DNA of 63,693 bases, the filler included. It is 7 parts of 7 records of this genome, joined end to end, with 100 filler letters (N's around TTAATTAATTAA, not from the genome) between each part and the next. Parts side by side here need not be neighbours in the genome. Positions count along the whole stretch, not along the records: positions 19,325 to 40,096 come from SRR31147125_866; 6 more parts are not named here. One strand, written 5' to 3'. Below, one piece after another: positions 21,135-31,145 of this stretch. The position numbers were made by a program, and so were the translations under genes. The notes under the pieces are model-generated. The model was given only the letters and a program-made list of their open reading frames with translations, searched no databases and was not told the origin of the DNA. Every line of letters starts with the position of its first letter. The first letter of the stretch is position 1.

Positions 21135-22424
21135 ATGAAAAAGATTGTTGTCATGAGTCCAAATGAGAAAATTAAATATCTTAGAAAAAAATATAAAATT
21201 AGGCAAAAAGATTTAAGCCCTAGTGTATGTAGTGTTAATTTTTTGTCTAAAATTGAGAATGGAAAAGTAAGTGTAAGTGAAGAGTTGGCGATGAGGTTTT
21301 ATAATAGAGTTAAGGAGCTTCTAAATGTCAATGAAAATAATTTGCTCTATGAACTTTCACTTGAATGGCTTTTAGAAGATGTTAAAATTCAAATAAAGAA
21401 AATAGTAGATGACGTCATAATGAATTATTGTGATTATAGTAAAAGTGATTTCTACGAAATTGAGAATTTACTTATTAAATATGAAGAGAATGAACAAAAG
21501 ATTAGACTGTATTCAGTGATTGGTAGTTTTGAGCACAACATTCATAAAAATTATAATCTAAGTAAGAGGTATTATGAACAAGCGTTACCTTTAGTTGAAA
21601 AATCCGATAGTGTATTTGAACCATTAATATATATTCAACTACAAAGAATTTATATTAATCTTGCTGATTATGAAAAGTTATGTTCACTGTTTTCGAACTC
21701 TTTAATTAGAAAATTTTCTTATAATTCTGTCTTGCAAAATATGCTCATGTATAACTTTGCTTTGGCTTTTCAAAAAAATAGTAACTTTAATCAAGCTATT
21801 GAAATATATAAGGAAATATTAAACAATAATCCGACTTCAAAAGCTTTGCTATGGAGCAAATCGCATTTAGGGGTTTGTTATAATAGATTAAAAAAATTCA
21901 AACAAGCTGATAGAATTTTTTTAGACATTGTAAAAAAATCTAAAAATTCATTTGATAAGATAAAAGCGTATTCGAATATACTCTTTTATGCAAATGAAAG
22001 AGAAGATAAAAAGGTAATTATAAATATTATAGGTAAAATTGAATCTTTAGCTGAAGAGTTACCTAATAATGAGAAAAATCAATGTTATTATTGTATTGGA
22101 AAAGCATACTTAGATCTAGATAATAGGTTAAATGCTATGTTTAGTTTTGAGAAAGAGTTAGAATTGGGATTAGATTTAAAGAATACTCACTTTTTTATTC
22201 ATAAGTATAAAAGAGCCATTATCGAGTTATTAAAAATTTATAACGTAAATGACAAAAGGAAGCTATATAAATTAAAAGATAAAATTTTAGATATACCAAA
22301 AGAATATTTAGATCACGATTTTATTGGGCATTTGCTTTATTATTATAATAAATATTTTACAAAACAAGAGATGTTTGAATTATACACATATCTAAAGAGC
22401 GATAGTAATTACAAAGAATTTTAA
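21135..22424 (+). CDS. XRE-HTH + TPR transcriptional regulator (RRNPP/PlcR-NprR-like)
   Basis: KIKYLRKKYKIRQKDL...CSVNFLSKIENGK HTH followed by TPR helices (YNFALAFQK...AIEIYKEIL; YYCIGKAYLDL). Confidence 0.85.
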   Translation: MKKIVVMSPNEKIKYLRKKYKIRQKDLSPSVCSVNFLSKIENGKVSVSEELAMRFYNRVKELLNVNENNLLYELSLEWLLEDVKIQIKKIVDDVIMNYCDYSKSDFYEIENLLIKYEENEQKIRLYSVIGSFEHNIHKNYNLSKRYYEQALPLVEKSDSVFEPLIYIQLQRIYINLADYEKLCSLFSNSLIRKFSYNSVLQNMLMYNFALAFQKNSNFNQAIEIYKEILNNNPTSKALLWSKSHLGVCYNRLKKFKQADRIFLDIVKKSKNSFDKIKAYSNILFYANEREDKKVIINIIGKIESLAEELPNNEKNQCYYCIGKAYLDLDNRLNAMFSFEKELELGLDLKNTHFFIHKYKRAIIELLKIYNVNDKRKLYKLKDKILDIPKEYLDHDFIGHLLYYYNKYFTKQEMFELYTYLKSDSNYKEF

Positions 22425-22478
22425 GTTTTACTAAAAAAGATTAATCAAATTAACTAAGAAAACAAGAAACAGAAGAGA

Positions 22479-23390
22479 CTAGAGCTCTTCTGTTTTTATA
22501 TTTTGCTTGTTTTTATTAGATTTTTTAGTTGTGCCCAAATATATTGCTCCAAGAGACAGTGTAAAACCAATTAAATCAGTAAATGTAGTTGGTCTTTTGA
22601 AAAATAAAATATCCCAAAGCATTGAAAGTGTCGGTTGCATAAGAAGTATTAATCCTGCTGTTGCAATTGGGATGTTCTTTAGGGAAGAGGATATAAAGAC
22701 CCAGCCAAGTCCCTGACAAAGACAACCATAGCTAACAAGCAAAACTAAATTTTTCGTATTTATTAAGGAAAAACTATCTCCAGTGGAAGCGGCCATAGTT
22801 CCCAATATTATAGATGCCGATACACATACCCAAAAGATATTACCAGTTGCTGAGAATTTGTTTTCAATTTTGTTAAGTGCGTTAAGTGATAACATATACC
22901 CAGTGTAAAATACAGCAGTTAATAGACCGAGTAACACTCCTATTTTATAATTTTGTCCCCCATCATTCCAGTTAAGACCACACAATAATAAAACTCCTAT
23001 AAGTGCCAAAATGATAGAAAGATAAAATTTCCAGCTTCCTTTTTCTTTGAAGAATAGAAAGCTAATTATTGCAAGAAAAACAACTTGGAAATTAGCCAGA
23101 ACAGTTGCTAAGCCAGGCCCGATGTAGTGTATACTCTTGTGCCAAGCGTACAGATCAAGTGCAAAAAAGAGCCCAGCCAATGCTGACAAAGCAAAAGCGT
23201 GAATACTGCCTTTAAGTTTTTGCTTTTTAACAATGCAAAAGATTAATAGGAATATCCCACCAAATAAAACTCGGTAAAAAGCTGAAACACCAGAACTTAC
23301 TGTTGTAAGTCTAGTAAAAACAGCTGAAAGACTTATTATTGATGAGCCAGCTAGCAGTGTAGCCATATCTATATTGCTATATTTTTTCAT
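22479..23390 (-). CDS. DMT/EamA-family transporter
   Basis: ~10 TM helices in two EamA repeats; AFYR, GLATVLANFQ. Confidence 0.9.
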   Translation of the reverse strand: MKKYSNIDMATLLAGSSIISLSAVFTRLTTVSSGVSAFYRVLFGGIFLLIFCIVKKQKLKGSIHAFALSALAGLFFALDLYAWHKSIHYIGPGLATVLANFQVVFLAIISFLFFKEKGSWKFYLSIILALIGVLLLCGLNWNDGGQNYKIGVLLGLLTAVFYTGYMLSLNALNKIENKFSATGNIFWVCVSASIILGTMAASTGDSFSLINTKNLVLLVSYGCLCQGLGWVFISSSLKNIPIATAGLILLMQPTLSMLWDILFFKRPTTFTDLIGFTLSLGAIYLGTTKKSNKNKQNIKTEEL

Positions 23391-23648
23391 TTTATACTCC
23401 TATAATTGAATTTAGAAAGTCTTAGACTTTTAAATTCAACATTTAATTCTCAAAGCTACAATTAAATAAACTTTGATTAAAATATTAAAGTAAACAGTTA
23501 TGTTGATTCATTTACTCGAAATTATAGCACATTTTTAAACTAATTAATATACGAATTTTAAAAAAATTAAGATGAAATTTTGTAAGATTATTTTTTAAAA
23601 TACTGCTATAATAATAGATGAATAAAAAGCAAATAAAAGGAGTGTGCT

Positions 23649-24461
23649 ATGAAAAGAATATATACTTGTTTCCCTCAAGGAAAGCATAAAGTTTTTACAC
23701 TTAGCTATGATGATGGGACACTTGCAGATAGAAGGCTCGTTGAAATATTTAATAAATATAAGTTAAAGGCAACTTTTCACTTGAATGCTGGCTTATTTGG
23801 TGCTAATGATCATGGAAGAGATAGAATAGAAGCAGAGGAAGTTAAAGATCTTTTTGACGGACACGAGGTTTCTGCCCATACATTTAACCACCCAACAATT
23901 ACTAGGACTCCAAAAGAAGAACTCGTGTATCAAATTATGGAAGATAGGAGGGAACTAGAGAGGTTAGTTGGATATCCTGTGAGAGGGATGTCATATCCAA
24001 ATGGTTCATATAATAAGAGAATTGTGGATCTGCTCCCACATCTGGGAATAGAATACTCGAGAGTAGTAGGTGGACATCAAAGTTTTCATCTGCCTGAAAA
24101 TTTTCATAAATGGCAAGCAACATGTCATCATAATGAAAATTTATTAGATAGGGCGAGAGATTTCGTTAATATAAATAAATCAAATGTACTCTATATGTTC
24201 TATGTTTGGGGACATAGTTATGAGTTTGATAGAGATAATAATTGGAAACTGATAGAGGAACTTTGTTCAGTAGTAGCTAATAGAGACGAGATATGGTATG
24301 CGACAAATATTGAGATAGTTGACTATATGAATGCCTGTGATAACCTAAAATTCAATGTAGATAGAACTCAAGTTTTTAATCAATCATGTATTAGTATATG
24401 GCTTGATGTTGAGGGTAAAATTATTGAAGTAAAACCTGGTTTGCATAGGATAAAAAAATAA
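23649..24461 (+). CDS. Polysaccharide deacetylase (CE4/NodB) family protein
   Basis: TLSYDDG, KATFHL, HEVSAHTFNHP, YPNG, WGHSYE. Confidence 0.9.
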   Translation: MKRIYTCFPQGKHKVFTLSYDDGTLADRRLVEIFNKYKLKATFHLNAGLFGANDHGRDRIEAEEVKDLFDGHEVSAHTFNHPTITRTPKEELVYQIMEDRRELERLVGYPVRGMSYPNGSYNKRIVDLLPHLGIEYSRVVGGHQSFHLPENFHKWQATCHHNENLLDRARDFVNINKSNVLYMFYVWGHSYEFDRDNNWKLIEELCSVVANRDEIWYATNIEIVDYMNACDNLKFNVDRTQVFNQSCISIWLDVEGKIIEVKPGLHRIKK

Positions 24462-24483
24462 ATAGACTAAAGGTGGAGATTAA

Positions 24484-25329
24484 ATGATACAAGATATTTT
24501 TCCAGATAGATTTGAGAGCGCTTATGAATACGAAGTTAGTGCTAAAGAGGAAAACTATATACTTATTTACAAGGGAAGAAACTCTGTTTTAAGAGATGTA
24601 AGTGAAGGGGATTTTTTACTTCAACTTAAAGATGTGGTATTAAATGATACTAAAAATATAGAGCTGTTGGGTAATTCGGAAAATAGTAGTTATTATATTA
24701 CTTCATTTGAGAATATAAAAGAGATGTTAACCGCAAGTGTAGAAAAAGAGATGCGGGATATAATGTATAACCTACCCAAACTAGACAGGTGGGTTATTAA
24801 TCTAGGTGAACAAATTTTTAGCTGGTATAATGACAATAAATTTTGTGGCAGATGTGGAAACTCATTTGAAAGAAAAAAGGATGAAAGAGCTCTTATCTGT
24901 CCAGTCTGCAATAATATAGTTTATCCAAAAATATCTCCAGCAGTAATTGTTGGAATAATAAAAGATGATAAAATATTACTGGCTCAGGGACATCAATTTA
25001 GAGATGGCTTTTATAGCGTGATTGCAGGATTTACTGAACCAGGAGAAACACTGGAAGAGACTGTTGTGAGAGAAGTGAAAGAGGAAACAGGTTTGACTCT
25101 TGAGCTTGAGAATGTTCAATATTATAAGAGTCAACCATGGCCAATAAGTTCATCAATGATGATAGGTTTCTTCGCTAAATATACGGGAAATGAAGAGTTG
25201 AATATTGACGAAGAGGAGCTAGCTGATGCTGCTTGGTTTACAAGGGATGAACTCCCAAAAATACCAAATAATATATCAATTTCTCGAGAGATAATAGATA
25301 TGTATATTGATAATAAAATTAAATTTTAA
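24484..25329 (+). CDS. nudC: NAD(+) diphosphatase NudC
   Basis: FCGRCG...CPVC zinc ribbon, Nudix box AGFTEPGETLEETVVREVKEETG, SQPWP. Confidence 0.93.
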   Translation: MIQDIFPDRFESAYEYEVSAKEENYILIYKGRNSVLRDVSEGDFLLQLKDVVLNDTKNIELLGNSENSSYYITSFENIKEMLTASVEKEMRDIMYNLPKLDRWVINLGEQIFSWYNDNKFCGRCGNSFERKKDERALICPVCNNIVYPKISPAVIVGIIKDDKILLAQGHQFRDGFYSVIAGFTEPGETLEETVVREVKEETGLTLELENVQYYKSQPWPISSSMMIGFFAKYTGNEELNIDEEELADAAWFTRDELPKIPNNISISREIIDMYIDNKIKF

Positions 25330-25331
25330 TT

Positions 25332-25366
25332 ATAATGCCCGACTAAAATTTTTAGTTGGGCATTAT
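25332..25366 (+). terminator. Terminator hairpin after nudC
   Basis: ATAATGCCCGACTAA...TTAGTTGGGCATTAT. Confidence 0.7.
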
Positions 25367-25399
25367 TAATGTAGTTGAAAGTTCATTATTGCTGACGGT

Positions 25400-25600
25400 A
25401 ACGGTGTAGCATATTTTGTGTTTTACCCCTTTTTTTAAGTGTGGTAAAAACTATTTAATTTTAAAATCTGTCTTCAAATTTTATGCTTAAGTAACCTAAT
25501 ATTAGTGTTCTGTTTCTTATTGGATTTTCCATTGTATAAACTTCTTTTAAATCTTTTACAAACTCTTTTTCATTTAATAAAGTATACATCTTTGTATTTT
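25400..25600 (-). mobile_element. Degenerate, internally deleted IS256-family remnant
   Basis: Minus-strand 25461..25589 reads ...KEFVKDLKEVYT-MENPIRNRTLILGYLSIKFEDRF*, two IS256 transposase motifs; followed by an AAACACAAAATATGCTACACC end-like sequence. Confidence 0.55.
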
Positions 25601-25667
25601 AGTTTTAGGAAATACTGTATTATTTTTTCTGATTTAATTATATTATTCAGGAGTTTATTGATTTGTT

Positions 25668-25680
25668 AAAACGTTTACAT
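25668..25680. promoter_or_regulatory. LacI-type operator candidate (distal)
   Basis: AAAACGTTTACAT, identical to 25830-25842; central AAACGTTT palindrome. Confidence 0.55.
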
Positions 25681-25829
25681 GGAATTTTTAGTATGTTCTT
25701 TTAAAAAAAATATAGTAAAAACTAGCGATTTAGACTGATAAATTAAAATTTTATTTAAATTCAGTAATTGAGTTGGTTTGAAAAATATTGATAATTAATA
25801 AATATAAGCTAGAATTATTATTTTTCAAA

Positions 25830-25864
25830 AAAACGTTTACATTTGAAAAATCATGTGGTATATT
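25830..25864 (+). promoter_or_regulatory. Sigma70 promoter overlapped by a LacI-type operator
   Basis: TTTACA (25836-41), 17 bp, TATATT (25859-64) with extended TG; operator AAAACGTTTACAT covers the -35. Confidence 0.6.
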
Positions 25865-25954
25865 TACTGTATAGAGATTAAATCAATACTTTTCATTCTG
25901 AAACAGATCACAATGAATTTATATAAAACTATTTTTAAATTTTGGAGGAGTAGT

Positions 25955-26851
25955 ATGAAGAAAATATTAGTAATTGGTAGCTTAAATATGGACATGGTTA
26001 TAAATGCTCCTTATATTCCAAAAGTTGGAGAAACAATCATGGGAAAAAACTTTCATTTGAATCCAGGAGGTAAAGGAGCAAATCAAGCTGCAGCAATAGC
26101 GAAATTAGGCGGAAATGTACAAATTATTGGGTGTGTTGGAAGAGATGATACGGGAAAATCTCTATTAGAGAGTTTGGATAAAATCAACGTTGATACATCG
26201 GCAGTTGCAAAAATAGACAATCAAACATCTGGAATTGCTGTTATTACTGTTGCAGAAGATGGAAAAAACACTATAGTTGTGGACCCTGGTGCAAATGGAT
26301 ATTGTACATCTAAATTTATTGAATTAAATAGGAAAATTATTGAAAACTCTGATGTAATAGTTTTACAGATGGAAATTCCTATTGAAACTATAAATTATTG
26401 TATAAAAACAGCTAATGAACTGAATAAGTTAGTGATATTAAATCCAGCACCGGCAAATAAAATAGATGAAGAATTATACCCAATGATAGATTATCTTATT
26501 CCAAATGAAACGGAATTAGAGATAATAACAGGAAGAAAAACAGAGACATTAGAAGAGATAAAAGAAGCTGTAAATGAACTCCTTTATAAAGGAGTAAAAA
26601 ACATGATAGTTACACTTGGCGAAAAAGGATCTTTATTTATGAATAACAAAAAAGAGATGTTAATCCCTTGTCAAAAAGTGAAAGCAATAGATAGTACCGC
26701 AGCAGGAGACTCATTTTTAGCATCATTTACTGTTGCTACTACAGAGGGAAAGAGTATAAAAGAGGCTTTAGAATTCGCAACAAAAGTAGCTGCTATTGTA
26801 GTATGTAGAAAAGGGGCAATTTCTTCTATTCCAACAAGAGATGAAGTATAG
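25955..26851 (+). CDS. rbsK: Ribokinase (PfkB family)
   Basis: GSLNMD, PGGKGANQA, NPAPA, PNETE, DSTAAGDSF; start corrected to ATG after GGAGGAG. Confidence 0.88.
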   Translation: MKKILVIGSLNMDMVINAPYIPKVGETIMGKNFHLNPGGKGANQAAAIAKLGGNVQIIGCVGRDDTGKSLLESLDKINVDTSAVAKIDNQTSGIAVITVAEDGKNTIVVDPGANGYCTSKFIELNRKIIENSDVIVLQMEIPIETINYCIKTANELNKLVILNPAPANKIDEELYPMIDYLIPNETELEIITGRKTETLEEIKEAVNELLYKGVKNMIVTLGEKGSLFMNNKKEMLIPCQKVKAIDSTAAGDSFLASFTVATTEGKSIKEALEFATKVAAIVVCRKGAISSIPTRDEV

Positions 26852-26876
26852 AACTATATGATTGGAGGATGAAAAA

Positions 26877-27908
26877 ATGAAAACAACTATAAAAGATGTA
26901 GCTAAAGAGGCAAATGTATCTATCGCAACAGTATCTAGAGTAATAAATAATGCAAATAATGTATCTAATGAAATTAAAAGTGTGGTTGAAGAAGCAATTG
27001 CGAAGTTGAATTATCAACCAAATTCAATGGCAAGAGGATTGAAAAATAACACAACTAAGACTATAGGTATAATTGTGTCAGATATATCTATTTCATTTTT
27101 TTCTCATATAATTGGAGAAGTTGAGAAGAGAAGTGAAAAAGAGGGATATGGAATAATGGTAGTCAGTAGTGATGATCAGCCTAAGAGAGAGTATAATTGT
27201 ATCAAAATGCTAATGGAAAAGCGAGTTGACGGTATCATTATAGCTTCTTCGGGACACAATGAAGAGTACCTAAATCTTATAAGCAAAAGTGGGATACCAG
27301 TTATTTTGATTGATAGAAAACCAAAGCTATTTGATTTAGATGTTATTTATATAGATAAAATGACAGCAATGTACAATATTATGGAATTATTAGTAGAAAA
27401 AGGACATGAAAAAATAGCATTTATAAGTGGACCTAGAGAAATAACTACAAATAGAGAAAGATATATAGGATTAACTAAAGCAATGTATGATTATGAACTA
27501 CCAATGGAACAGATAAAAGTATACTATGGAGACTATAGCATAGCTTATGGAAGAAAGGTATTTAAAGAAATATTTGAAACAGAAAATAAGCCAACTGCAA
27601 TAATAGCAGGAAGTGAAGCGATTACATATGGAATTATGATAGAGGCACAAAAAGAAAAGTATAAAATACCAGAAGATATCTCTTTGATTTCATTTGGTAT
27701 AAATGAAGATTTTCTAGAATTAATTAAACCACAGATAAGTTATATAGAAGATATGAAAAATGAGATAGGTCAATTGGCAGCAGATGCTTTATTTAAAAAG
27801 ATTAAAAATAAGAATATAAAAACGATAACTCCTTTACGTTCAAAAATCGTTGATTTAGGTTCTATAAAAAATTTGAAGATCAAAAATGAGGTAGAAGAGA
27901 CACTATAA
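26877..27908 (+). CDS. LacI-family transcriptional regulator
   Basis: TIKDVAKEANVSIATVSRVIN HTH, YQPNSMARGL hinge. Confidence 0.95.
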   Translation: MKTTIKDVAKEANVSIATVSRVINNANNVSNEIKSVVEEAIAKLNYQPNSMARGLKNNTTKTIGIIVSDISISFFSHIIGEVEKRSEKEGYGIMVVSSDDQPKREYNCIKMLMEKRVDGIIIASSGHNEEYLNLISKSGIPVILIDRKPKLFDLDVIYIDKMTAMYNIMELLVEKGHEKIAFISGPREITTNRERYIGLTKAMYDYELPMEQIKVYYGDYSIAYGRKVFKEIFETENKPTAIIAGSEAITYGIMIEAQKEKYKIPEDISLISFGINEDFLELIKPQISYIEDMKNEIGQLAADALFKKIKNKNIKTITPLRSKIVDLGSIKNLKIKNEVEETL

Positions 27909-28010
27909 ATGGTTATTACAATTTAGATAAGTTATTGTATTTGGCTAAAGTTATAATTTATCTAGATGGATTAATAATATATTATATTAACCTAAGGAGG
28001 AAAAAGAAAG

Positions 28011-29051
28011 ATGAAAAAAATTATTACGGTATTATTGTCTGTTGTTATTTTGGCTACTTTTTTAACAGGGTGTGGTGGAAAGAAATCTGGTGAAAGTACA
28101 GAATCTAAATCAGCTGCTAAATCAGAAAAACCTGTTGAATTAGTTTTTTCTATTAGTGCTGTACCTGGGGATGCACATCACGAAGCAATGCTGAAATTTA
28201 AAGAGGTAATTGAAGCAAAATCAAATGGAAATATAAAAGTTAAAACTTATGATTCAGGTTCTTTGTTCAAGCAAGATCAAGAGTTAGGAGCTGTAAAATC
28301 AGGTCAAGCTGATATCGTTTATATGTCTGCACCTTGGCTAACTGAAGGTTCACCATGGGTATCAATGTTTAATGCAGGATACATGTTTAAAACATATGAT
28401 CATATGACAAAAGTTTTAAATGGAGAAGTAGGGGAAGAAGTATTTGAAAAAATAGCAAAAGAGCAAGGAATTCGTCCATTAAATGCTTTCTATTTAGGAA
28501 CTAGACAAATTAATTTAGTTAATGATAAAGAGATCAAAACACCGGCTGATTTAAGTGGAGTTAACCTTAGAATGCCAAATTCGGAAGCTTGGTTATTCTT
28601 AGGGAAAGCACTTGGAGCAAATCCTACACCAATTTCATTTTCTGAATTATATATGGCGTTACAAACTGGAACTGTTGATGGTCAAGATAACCCTCTTCCA
28701 ACAGTTAAAAATGCAAAATTCTATGAGGTAACAAAATCAATTACAATTACAAACCATTTAGTTGATAGTGTTTGGCCTACAATTAACGAAGGTAAATGGC
28801 AATCTTTAAGTGTCAACCAAAAAAAATTAGTTATGGAAGCATTAGAAGAAGCTAGAAAAGTATGTGACGACCTTAACCGTAAAAGAGAATCTGAATTAGT
28901 AGAATTCTTTAAATCAGAAGGTTTAAGCGTGTATAATGCCGACTTAAATGCATTCAGTGAGCATGTACTAGGACAATACTTAGCAAACAAAGAAATGACA
29001 GCAACTTGGGATATGGATATATACAAAAAAGTACAAGAAGCAGGAAAATAG
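28011..29051 (+). CDS. dctP: TRAP transporter substrate-binding lipoprotein (DctP)
   Basis: Lipobox LTGC; GTRQI, LRMP (carboxylate-binding Arg), ELYMALQTGTVDGQDNP. Confidence 0.93.
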   Translation: MKKIITVLLSVVILATFLTGCGGKKSGESTESKSAAKSEKPVELVFSISAVPGDAHHEAMLKFKEVIEAKSNGNIKVKTYDSGSLFKQDQELGAVKSGQADIVYMSAPWLTEGSPWVSMFNAGYMFKTYDHMTKVLNGEVGEEVFEKIAKEQGIRPLNAFYLGTRQINLVNDKEIKTPADLSGVNLRMPNSEAWLFLGKALGANPTPISFSELYMALQTGTVDGQDNPLPTVKNAKFYEVTKSITITNHLVDSVWPTINEGKWQSLSVNQKKLVMEALEEARKVCDDLNRKRESELVEFFKSEGLSVYNADLNAFSEHVLGQYLANKEMTATWDMDIYKKVQEAGK

Positions 29052-29090
29052 TATAAATAGTAAAGTTGCATAATGTATCAAAAGATAGAA

Positions 29091-29160
29091 TCACTAAGGG
29101 AGCTCATTTTTATGATTTTTTCGGAAACTGAGATTACTCAAGTTTCCGACTCCTTAGTGA
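29091..29160 (+). promoter_or_regulatory. Intercistronic stem-loop after dctP (mRNA stabiliser/attenuator)
   Basis: TCACTAAGG...CCTTAGTGA enclosing a TCGGAAACT...AGTTTCCGA hairpin. Confidence 0.5.
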
Positions 29161-29233
29161 GGATATACATTCTTAGAAGAGAATAAAATTTGAAGAATAT
29201 ATACTTTTGATATTTCAAATAGGAGGTTTAGTT

Positions 29234-29755
29234 GTGAAAAAAATTTCGAAAATTATATTTTCAGTACGAGATTTAATTGAAATATTACTACCATCAGTGG
29301 CGTTCGGTGTAATGTTCTTGACGTTTATTCTTCAGATAATTGCAAGATATGTGTTTAAACATCCGTTAACTTGGACTTATGAAGTTACAGTAATTGGGTT
29401 TTCGTGGACAGTAATTTTAGGAGCTTGCTACTCAATGAGAAAACGTTCTCATGTAATGTTTACATTGATATATGATCATTTGAGTAGGAAGAAAGCGGCT
29501 GTAGTAAGATTATTAGGGAATTTAATTATACTTTCAGCATTTGTATTGTTAATTATTCCATCAGCAAACTATATCAAGTTTATGAATTTTCAATCTACAG
29601 CAGTTTTTCATGTAAAATTAAGTTGGATTTTTGCGCCGGTTGTTTATTTTATGTTCTCTATAAGTTTATATACTTTGGAAGAGATTATTGAAGATATTAA
29701 AATAATTCTAAACTGCAAAAACAGTACTTGTTTAAAAAAAGAGGAGGTTGCTTAA
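29234..29755 (+). CDS. dctQ: TRAP small permease (DctQ)
   Basis: QIIARYVF..PLTWTYE, 4 TM; GTG start after AGGAGG. Confidence 0.9.
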   Translation: MKKISKIIFSVRDLIEILLPSVAFGVMFLTFILQIIARYVFKHPLTWTYEVTVIGFSWTVILGACYSMRKRSHVMFTLIYDHLSRKKAAVVRLLGNLIILSAFVLLIIPSANYIKFMNFQSTAVFHVKLSWIFAPVVYFMFSISLYTLEEIIEDIKIILNCKNSTCLKKEEVA

Positions 29756-29756
29756 T

Positions 29757-31046
29757 ATGAATTTAGCGTTAACGGTAGCATTAATTATATTTATTTTAAT
29801 TTTTATATTAAGAATGCCTATTTCACTTGGAATGATAGCAGCAGGAGCATACTACTTTCTGATTAGTGGAAATGATATGGGGGCTGTAGCAAACTTTTTA
29901 ACAAGTACATATTATTCAAACTACGTTATTATTGCAGTACCATTGTTTGTATATACTGCAAATATAATGAATAGTGGAAAAGTAACAGAGATGGTATTTA
30001 AATTTGCCACAGGTTTATGTGGTGGTCGGCGAGGATCATTGGGGCATGTAAATGTAATAGCATCATTAATATTTTCAGGAATGACTGGTTCTGCAATAGC
30101 TGATGCTTCGGGTCTTGGAAAAATGGAAATTGATAGTATGAAAAAAGCCGGGTATGATGATGCATTTTCATGCGCAATTACAGCAGCGTCATCAACAGTA
30201 GGACCAATTTTTCCTCCAAGTATTCCACTTGTAATGTATGCAATGATATCTGGAACTTCAGTAGGAGCACTATTTTTAGGAGGAACAATTCCAGCTATTA
30301 TGGTGTGTCTAGGTTTAATGGCTTATGTAACTATTGTTTCTAAAAAGAGAAATTACCCTGCAGAGGAAAAAATACCGTTTAAACAATTTATGCGATTTAC
30401 TTTGAACTCTTTACCTGCTTTATTGACACCAGTTATCCTATTATCAGGAATTTATACGGGTGTAATGACTCCAACAGAAGCAGGAGCAGTAGCTGCAATT
30501 TATGCAATAATAATATCATATTTTGCTTATAAATCAATGTCGTTAAAGGCTTTGGTTTCAATCATTAAACAAACAGTGGTTGATACAGGTTCAATAAGTT
30601 TAATGATTGGAGCAGCATCGATTATTTCTTATATTGTTGCAAGAGAACAACTTGCAGTTAAAATAGGAGATTTTGTTTTAGGGGTTACGGATAATAAATA
30701 TATATTTTTATTAATAATTAATGCAATTATTTTGTTATTAGGAATGATTATTGATACGTCTACAATCTTATTAATATTCATACCGATCATAATTCCTATA
30801 GCAAAAACAATGGGAATTGATTTAATACATTTTGGTTTAATAGTTACTTTAAATATGATGATAGGCTTATCAACACCACCTTTTGGAATGTTGTTATTTA
30901 TAACAGCCGGGATATCAGATACACCTTTGAAAAAAGTTATAAGTGAGATAAAATGGCCGATTATTGCGATGCTTATAGTATTGTTTATAGTTACATTTTT
31001 CCCACAAACAGTATTATTTTTACCAAAATTTTTCGGATTCATTTAA
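29757..31046 (+). CDS. dctM: TRAP large permease (DctM)
   Basis: AVPLF, SGMTGSAIADA, GPIFPPSIP, TPTEAG, TPPFG. Confidence 0.95.
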   Translation: MNLALTVALIIFILIFILRMPISLGMIAAGAYYFLISGNDMGAVANFLTSTYYSNYVIIAVPLFVYTANIMNSGKVTEMVFKFATGLCGGRRGSLGHVNVIASLIFSGMTGSAIADASGLGKMEIDSMKKAGYDDAFSCAITAASSTVGPIFPPSIPLVMYAMISGTSVGALFLGGTIPAIMVCLGLMAYVTIVSKKRNYPAEEKIPFKQFMRFTLNSLPALLTPVILLSGIYTGVMTPTEAGAVAAIYAIIISYFAYKSMSLKALVSIIKQTVVDTGSISLMIGAASIISYIVAREQLAVKIGDFVLGVTDNKYIFLLIINAIILLLGMIIDTSTILLIFIPIIIPIAKTMGIDLIHFGLIVTLNMMIGLSTPPFGMLLFITAGISDTPLKKVISEIKWPIIAMLIVLFIVTFFPQTVLFLPKFFGFI

Positions 31047-31145
31047 TCGTGATTTAGTTTAATTCCTTGTCTTTTGAGATGAATTAAATCAATCTAAAGA
31101 ATAAATATAGAATAAAAATTAAATAAAAAATTAAAGGAGAGAAAG

